DNA of 32,000 nt from Methylorubrum extorquens (lineage in GTDB: Bacteria; Pseudomonadota; Alphaproteobacteria; Rhizobiales; Beijerinckiaceae). Positions within the stretch are counted from its first letter, which is position 1. Each line of letters starts with the position of its first letter. Below the pieces are notes generated by a model. It was given only the letters and a program-made list of their open reading frames with translations, was not told the origin of the DNA and ran no database searches. The stretch lies in assembly GCA_900234795.1 (NCBI GenBank), contig LT962688.1, positions 5,430,001 through 5,462,000 of the forward strand, in the 5' to 3' direction. The translations under genes and the position numbers were made by a program. Positions 27,301 through 32,000 of the stretch are shown here, one piece after another.

Positions 27301-28604
27301 GGCTGCCGAACCGCAGGCTGTTCCACCAGCGGCTGGAGCAGGCGCTTGCTGCTGCCGAGCGGGGTGGCACGAGTGTGACCCTTCTCCTGGTTGACCTCGA
27401 CACGCTGCGGGATGTGAACGACATCCACGGGCATGACGCAGGCGATGCGGTGCTGCGCGAAGTGGCAAGCCGCCTAGTCGAGGGGTTGCGCGCGTCAGAC
27501 ACGGTCGCTCGCCTCGGCGGTGACGAGTTCGCCCTGCTCCTGACCGAGCCGCTGCGCCTGGAACACGCCGCCAAGCACGCTGAGGTGCTGCTGGAGCGCT
27601 TGCGGCAACCTCTCGTCTATCGCGGCCACCGGCTGACCTGCACTGCGAGCATTGGCTTGGCGGCATATCCTGATCACCACCGCAATCCGTATGACCTTCT
27701 CAAGGACGCCGACATCGCTCTCTACCGTGCCAAAGCACAGGGGCGGAACAGCGCGGTCGTGTTTGCAGCAGAGATGCGTTCCCAGACTGAGCGGCGGGTG
27801 CTGATCGCGGCCGAAGTACGGACCGCCGTCGCTGCAGGCCAGATCGTCCCCTACTATCAGCCGAAGATATGTTTCACGACTGGCGCGATCGTCGGCTTCG
27901 AGGCGCTCGCACGTTGGCAGCACCCTGAGAAGGGCCTGCTGACCCCCGGCTACTTCGGCTCAGCGTTCGAGAACCCAGAGCTTGCAACAGCCATCGGCAG
28001 CAGCCTGATCCGGCAAGTCGCAGCAGATCTAGGTCAATGGTGCCGGTGCGGCCTCGACCCTGGTCGCGTCGCCGTTAACTTTTCATCGGCTGAGTTCCGC
28101 AGACCGGATTTGGCTGGCGACATCCTCTCGGTTCTGAGCGAGCACGATGTGCCACCCGCTCGGTTCGAGGTGGAGGTGACGGAGACGGTGTTCCTGGGGC
28201 ATGGCACCGAGGTTGTGCCCGCAACGCTTCGGCGCCTGCATGACAACGGCATCCTGATTACGTTGGACGACTTCGGCACTGGCTTTGCCTCGCTCACCCA
28301 TCTGAAGCAGTTCCCGGTCGGGCACATCAAGGTGGATCAGAGCTTCGTACGCAACGTGGTGCAGGATCAGGGGGATGCGGCCATTATCACGGCGGTGATT
28401 GGCCTCGGTCGCAGCCTCGGGATGCAGGTCACCGCTGAAGGTGTCGAGACGGTGGTGCAAGCGAACCGGCTGAGCGCCATGGGCTGCGACTACGCTCAGG
28501 GCTACCTCTACGGCAAACCGATGGCCGGCTCACGTGTGCCTTGGTTCCTGCGGAATTGGAGTGGTGAGGCCGTTGAGAGCAGTCGAGTTCTGCGGCTTGC
28601 TTGA
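24318..28604 (+). CDS. 1428-aa c-di-GMP signalling protein: GAF, PAS, GGDEF, PAS x4, GGDEF, EAL
   Basis: The N-terminus is GAF-like (ERLQALHDLEVF...FCTYTILSDEVLVVEDAPQDERF...HIRFYAGAPL). GGDEF 1 is RTEDTLARLGGDEF (GGDEF at 25443-25457) and GGDEF 2 is RASDTVARLGGDEF (27516-27530). The EAL domain shows YYQPK, FEALARW (EAL at 27900-27908), EVTE, LDDFGTGFASL, KVDQSF, EGVET and QGYLYGKP. Confidence 0.9.
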   Translation: MYPLHPNEVERLQALHDLEVFSSPAEPQYDAICRTAQALFGASIALVSLVGETELRFKGRCGLNVSGTSREVSFCTYTILSDEVLVVEDAPQDERFSANPLVAGEPHIRFYAGAPLVLRAGIHLGSLCLIDRVPRSFSAEQQEQLRDLAQIVVAQLRLSKAERKARESADDYRLLADNSSDLIIRSDLDGTRRYVSPAVSRLLGYEARELLGTHPLASVHPDEASSYAQLLKQLEAGQISEAVTQQRYRRRDSSFVWVEISFSLTREEETGGPNGYVAIIRDISQRKAAESEMARIARHDPLTGLPNRLHFREQLEQEIARTKRTSSTFALLCLDLDRFKLVNDTLGHQAGDRLLKVVAQRIKSVLRTEDTLARLGGDEFVIIQTNCARAEDASRLAERVIAAMLPPVDLGGYPAGVGVSIGIALAPQDSLDHDHLYALADQALYRAKAAGRNTFRLFAEEEVGSSGMSNQGGEWEVGQPLRQITPDPLLVGDLLRDILESSSDCMKLLDQEGDLLFLSAGGLKVMEIDDVGPFLGQSWVELWQGEHQVAAKDAVAQASRGQEARFRGFCHTAKGRPRWWDVALSPVKARSSARGLILAISRDVTVQVELERDLQTTANRYKALIEASATMVWRATPDGSLVESSGWGTYTGQPESAYIGYGWLSTVHPDDRQRVASTWHDIFASQAAGSFEFRALCRDGAYRWTLTRAVPLKDASSQVQEWVGTDSDIHDSKQATEAIRLQEERYRLAILATQDAIWDWDLTSDTTEWSEGAYRLFGYSDAERTDTGAWWKSKIHPDDRERVTTSIKHIIESQEHRWSDEYRFARADGSYAEVTDCGFVIRDAEGEALRMVGAVRDISEQRRANAALRASEERLRLALQAGRMVAWERDLKTGLATRSDNALQLLGIGSGPISLLLDNVHPEDRAHVERFTAYGGALSTVEFRYLHPAGPQIWLTMRAERVEAGRIVGITFDITERKLSEEQAWRAANHDALTGLPNRRLFHQRLEQALAAAERGGTSVTLLLVDLDTLRDVNDIHGHDAGDAVLREVASRLVEGLRASDTVARLGGDEFALLLTEPLRLEHAAKHAEVLLERLRQPLVYRGHRLTCTASIGLAAYPDHHRNPYDLLKDADIALYRAKAQGRNSAVVFAAEMRSQTERRVLIAAEVRTAVAAGQIVPYYQPKICFTTGAIVGFEALARWQHPEKGLLTPGYFGSAFENPELATAIGSSLIRQVAADLGQWCRCGLDPGRVAVNFSSAEFRRPDLAGDILSVLSEHDVPPARFEVEVTETVFLGHGTEVVPATLRRLHDNGILITLDDFGTGFASLTHLKQFPVGHIKVDQSFVRNVVQDQGDAAIITAVIGLGRSLGMQVTAEGVETVVQANRLSAMGCDYAQGYLYGKPMAGSRVPWFLRNWSGEAVESSRVLRLA

Positions 28605-29218
28605 TCGATGCTCCTCCTACGCCGGCCTTTTTCTGACGTAGGAGTGCGGAGATCCGCATCTGGAACATCATGGTCTAGTCAATCCAACCGTTCTCATCCA
28701 AGTATTGTTACGATCAGGCGGGTGACTGCACCGGCGTTCAGCAGCCACTGCGCGAGGAGCTGGCGATGGCGCAAACCGTGCGTGAGTTGGTCAGGCGCGA
28801 CGACGCGCCGCGACCTTGCCCTATCAGACCGTGTCGCCCGAGATCGCTCTGGGACGCGTCAGGACGCTTGAGGAGTTGCGACGGCAGGACGTGACCACTC
28901 GGGACATGAACGACCGCGTCTACGAGGTCGACACGTTCCATACCTGCTTCGTCAGGTCCGGCTCAGACGGCGCGCCTACGACGCTGTGGCTTTTGCGCCT
29001 GCTGACGACGACTTTTTGATCAACGAGGACACCAACCTGGCTTGGCTCAGGGACAAGCAGGGCGCCATGGTTTGGTCCTTGAGGCTGGACGATGAAGATA
29101 TGGTCCCTGGAGCCTGAGATCATTACGTTGCGCCGTTGGGTTGCAACTCGTCGAAGGTTAGCACTGCCGAGTTGTCGTTGGATGCGGGACGAAGGCGAAT
29201 TCAAGTATCGAAGCGCTG

Positions 29219-29530
29219 GTGAACGCCGATCCTACGAGCTACGGTCCGCGCATGACTGATGCCGCCCCCACCGTCGGCGAACTTTTCAAGGCCAAGTCTG
29301 CCACCGACGAGCAGGTGTATGCTGCGATCGAAGCGTACCTGAAAGATCCCGGGACGTACGAGCACCTGATTGCAGAGGGCTACGGCATCGACATTGCTGC
29401 CGCAGTTCTGGGGCAGGCTTGGGCGAGCCAAATCGTTGGCCTCATCGAGTCCAGCCAAAACCTGAAGCGCGGCGCCGTCCGCCCTGAAGACCTGCGACGC
29501 GCAGCGTTGTGGTCGCCCGAGCTCACTTGA
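29219..29530 (+). CDS. hypothetical protein (possible start at ATG 29252)
   Basis: The open frame has plausible codon usage: MTDAAPTVGELFKAKSATDEQVYAAIEAYLKDPGTYEHLIAEGYGIDIAAAVLGQAW... I recognise no family. Confidence 0.4.
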   Translation: MNADPTSYGPRMTDAAPTVGELFKAKSATDEQVYAAIEAYLKDPGTYEHLIAEGYGIDIAAAVLGQAWASQIVGLIESSQNLKRGAVRPEDLRRAALWSPELT

Positions 29531-29540
29531 TGGGTTCAGC

Positions 29541-29689
29541 ATGCCCGATGCGCCCGTTGTTTCTGTCCCTACCGAGAAACCTGTCCTGCCGCACGAGTGG
29601 ATAGAAGTCGCCGAGCTTGCGGCCCACAACCTCGGCCTGGGCAAGAGGCTCGCCGAGCTAAGCCCGGAGCACTGGCAGCTGGTGCTAGA
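29541..29689 (+). pseudogene. 5' part of a hypothetical ORF interrupted by the IS481-family element
   Basis: The ATG lies 10 nt after the previous stop: MPDAPVVSVPTEKPVLPHEWIEVAELAAHNLGLGKRLAELSPEHWQLVLD. The IS terminal repeat begins immediately after. Confidence 0.3.
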
Positions 29690-30689
29690 TGTTCGGTCCC
29701 GGCATGTGGTGTGACGGATCGAGCCTGAAGCGTTCGGGCTCTTTCGTCCAGGTCTGGCAGATGAACTCATAAGGTGTGAGGCCGCGCAGGGTCTTGAGTC
29801 GGCGGCCGTAGTTGTAGGCATCCACGAACAGCTGCAGGTGCATCCGGAGCTCGTCGTGGCTGGCGTAATGGTAGCGCTTGACCGTGGCGTCCTTGATGGT
29901 GCGGTTCATCCGCTCGACTTGGCCATTCGTCCACGGGCAGCGCGGCTTGGTCAGGCGATGCTCGATCTTGGTCTGCTCGCAGGCCCACTCGAACGAGTGC
30001 CAGCGGTAGATGCGTGGCTCGTCGCGTTCGGCCCAATAAGCTGCCGCCTTAGCCTCGGCCTCCTCGTCCACCGGATGGTTGTCGGTGAACTGGATGCCAT
30101 TATCCGTCAGCACCGTGTGGATCGTGTACGGCACGGCGGCGACCAGATCGTGTAGAAAGGCTGCCGCGATCCGTTGAGTTGCTCGTCCGTGCAGTTGAAC
30201 GAATGCGAACTTGCTCGTGCGATCGATGGCCACGAACAGGTGCAGCTTGCCCTGTTCCGTGCTGACCTGTGCGATGTCGATGTGAAAGTAGCCGATCGGG
30301 TAGGCCTTGAAGCGCGACCGCTTAGGCTTGTCGCCGTCCACATCCGGCAGGCGGCTGATGCCGTGACGCTGCAGGCAGCGGTGGAGTGACGAGCGGGTCA
30401 GATGCGGCAGGCTCGGCTGCAGCGCGTAGAGGCAGTCGTCGAGCGGCAGCAGGGTGTGCCGCCGGAAGGCGACGATGACCGCCTCGTCCTCCAGGCTGAG
30501 CACGCTGGAGCGGGGCTCCTTCGGACCCATCCGGGCATCCGTGCTGGTCTGGCGTGAGCGCCACTTCTGCACCGTCGTGGGGCTGATGCCGTAGCGCTTG
30601 GCAGCGGCCCTCACGCTCTCTTGACGAGCTTGGATTGCCCGACGGACCGTCTCAGTCGTCGTGGCGCTGCCGTGGAGAACTTGTCCCAT
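29685..30689 (-). CDS. IS481-family transposase (DDE, rve)
   Basis: MGQVLHGSATTTETVRRAIQARQESVRAAAKRYGISPTTVQKWRSR...YPIGYFHIDIAQV...LFVAIDRTSKFAFVQL...VLTDNGIQFT...KPRCPWTNGQVERMNRTIKDATVKRYHY...YNYGRRLKTLRGLTPYEFI. The ATG at 30689 is preceded by ggaggga. The stop codon (29685-29687) lies just outside the left repeat as drawn. Confidence 0.9.
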   Translation of the reverse strand: MGQVLHGSATTTETVRRAIQARQESVRAAAKRYGISPTTVQKWRSRQTSTDARMGPKEPRSSVLSLEDEAVIVAFRRHTLLPLDDCLYALQPSLPHLTRSSLHRCLQRHGISRLPDVDGDKPKRSRFKAYPIGYFHIDIAQVSTEQGKLHLFVAIDRTSKFAFVQLHGRATQRIAAAFLHDLVAAVPYTIHTVLTDNGIQFTDNHPVDEEAEAKAAAYWAERDEPRIYRWHSFEWACEQTKIEHRLTKPRCPWTNGQVERMNRTIKDATVKRYHYASHDELRMHLQLFVDAYNYGRRLKTLRGLTPYEFICQTWTKEPERFRLDPSHHMPGPNI

Positions 30690-30742
30690 AGCGCGTCCCT
30701 CCATGCGGCATCAGTTGTATCACCACACAGCGGGACCGAACA
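29690..30742 (-). mobile_element. IS481-family insertion sequence (about 1053 bp; ends uncertain by a few nt)
   Basis: The terminal inverted repeats are tgttcggtcccggcatgtggtg (29690-29711) and caccacacagcgggaccgaaca (30721-30742), matching at 19/22. They enclose one transposase gene. Confidence 0.75.
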
Positions 30743-30941
30743 CCAAAACTCGCCCATTGGCTTCTCCCTCACCCGGAAGAAATCACAGGCACACCCGCCA
30801 AGCCGAACTTATGGGTCCGGAGCCTAGAACGGACTTCGGCCGGCAGGCGCTTGGACGTCTGTTCGGACGTACCGTCTAGCGTTCTACATCAAGGGACCCG
30901 AAGGATCAGGCGGACAGAAGCAGCGTTCCGCCGGACGCCGG

Positions 30942-31562
30942 CTACAAGGGACGCGCTTTGCCACGACTTAGATGTGCGAAAGGCTTCGGCGTTCGCGGTA
31001 GGTAGTATTCCTCGACCTCTTCGATCGCGAACCCCGCCGCGCGCAGTGAGCCGAGGACAGGACGATTGAGGTTGCAGCCAACCGCGAGTGGACGCCAGAG
31101 CGGGTTCAGACGGTTCTGCCAGCGTACGACCGCCGCATCCCCGGACAGGCCGTGCTCCAGGAACAGCAGACGCCCCTCGGGCCGCAGGAGGCGCCGGATC
31201 TCGCTCAAACACTGCGCTGCGTCCTGCACGGAGCAGAGCGTGAAGGTGACGATCGCCGTGTCGACCGACCGCGACGGCAGCTGTATTGCCTCTGCCGCCT
31301 CCTGCCGGATCTCGACCGGCACGCGGGCTGCCTCCCGGCGCGACCGGCCCAGCTTAAGAAACGCGGCGTGCGGGTCGACGCCGATCACCCTGGTCACACG
31401 AGCAGGATCGTACAGGGGCAGATTGAGGCCCGGCCCGATGCCGATTTCCAAGACGACGCCCTCTGCTGCTGGTACGATTTTCTCTCGCTCAGCTCGGATA
31501 TCCGCGGCCCCGCAGACGCAACTCACCAGGCGGGGCCCGACATGACGCTCGTAGAAGCCCAT
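30942..31562 (-). CDS. class I SAM-dependent methyltransferase
   Basis: MGFYERHVGPRLV...VVLEIGIGPGLNLPLY (motif I)...RLLRPEGRLLFLEHG. The ATG at 31562 is preceded by gggaggga. Confidence 0.8.
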   Translation of the reverse strand: MGFYERHVGPRLVSCVCGAADIRAEREKIVPAAEGVVLEIGIGPGLNLPLYDPARVTRVIGVDPHAAFLKLGRSRREAARVPVEIRQEAAEAIQLPSRSVDTAIVTFTLCSVQDAAQCLSEIRRLLRPEGRLLFLEHGLSGDAAVVRWQNRLNPLWRPLAVGCNLNRPVLGSLRAAGFAIEEVEEYYLPRTPKPFAHLSRGKARPL

Positions 31563-31608
31563 TGGTCCCTCCCATGAAAACCTTCTCCCTCGGCCAAACC
31601 GGCAACGG

Positions 31609-32000
31609 TCATTGGCGCCCATTCTGGACAGCCGCCGAAGCCTCTTCGAAGCAGGCCTCGCAGATGGCGGCGATGTGCCGGTGATCGGTGCCGCAGCAGC
31701 CGCCGAGAACCGTTAGGCCGGGCAGGCGCTTTCGGAGAGCGGCATAGCGGCGCGCTAGGTCTGCGGGGTCGCCAATGTCGAGCTCGGTGGCGGCATCGAG
31801 TTCGGCATGGCTCTTCGTCGAGGCGTTGGCCCGTAACCCTCGGAGCCGTTCGAGCCAAGGTTCTTGCTCCGCCAGAACAGTCTCGAAATGCGCCGGGTGC
31901 GCGCAGTTGATCATGTAGTAAGCCGGGTAGGCCTCCGTGGCCGCATCGGTCTGCCGGACCGCGGAACCGAGTGTCTGCCCCGACGGCAGGCGACCATCGG
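31609..32000 (-). CDS. homocysteine S-methyltransferase-family protein, 5' end outside the window
   Basis: The frame is open from the window edge: DGRLPSGQTLGSAVRQTDAATEAYPAYYMINCAHPAHFETVL...LPGLTVLGGCCGTDHRHIAAI. The GGCCGT zinc-ligand motif is typical of the family. Confidence 0.65.
   Translation of the reverse strand, partial: DGRLPSGQTLGSAVRQTDAATEAYPAYYMINCAHPAHFETVLAEQEPWLERLRGLRANASTKSHAELDAATELDIGDPADLARRYAALRKRLPGLTVLGGCCGTDHRHIAAICEACFEEASAAVQNGRQ

Overview
High-GC (mid-60s %) alphaproteobacterial DNA, probably Hyphomicrobiales/Methylobacterium-like judging by the protein sequences (inference only). The window is a conserved backbone heavily reworked by insertion sequences. From left to right: (1) A groES-groEL operon on the minus strand with a CIRCE operator and a sigma70-like promoter; groEL carries a 1-nt frameshift. 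(2) About 800 bp with no convincing gene, then a secreted PRC-barrel protein. (3) A sensory module of PAS-HWE histidine kinase, a double-domain KaiC homolog with no kaiA or kaiB in the window, and a hybrid histidine kinase whose start overlaps the kaiC stop by 14 nt. The hybrid kinase's C-terminal receiver is cut by an IS3-family element. (4) Two apparently identical 1281-bp IS3-family copies in inverted orientation (7730-9010 and 17482-18762) bracket 8.47 kb. That segment holds two TPR gene fragments, a cobalamin riboswitch, a siderophore-type TonB-dependent receptor, a frameshifted PepSY membrane protein and a 5'-truncated multi-PAS HWE kinase. None of the four IS junctions shows a target-site duplication, and all four cut ORFs. 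Inside the segment, a 43-nt imperfect inverted repeat pair flanks the riboswitch/receptor/PepSY block. (5) About 700 bp of lower-GC non-coding DNA, an IS110-family transposase with a long structured 5' leader, and an IS5-family remnant. (6) Two c-di-GMP proteins: a Cache/HAMP-GGDEF cyclase and a 1428-aa GAF-PAS-GGDEF-PAS(x4)-GGDEF-EAL protein with two intact-looking GGDEF domains; a SnoaL-like protein lies between them. (7) Unassigned small ORFs, one cut by a 1053-bp IS481-family element, then a class I SAM methyltransferase and a partial homocysteine S-methyltransferase-family gene. I found no CRISPR array, tRNA, rRNA or recognisable defence genes. The items most worth follow-up are the KaiC-kinase module and its IS disruption, the IS-bounded rearranged segment, the repeat-flanked B12-riboswitch cassette, the IS110 non-coding leader, and the dual-GGDEF protein. 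All coordinates come from reading the sequence by hand; no database search was run.
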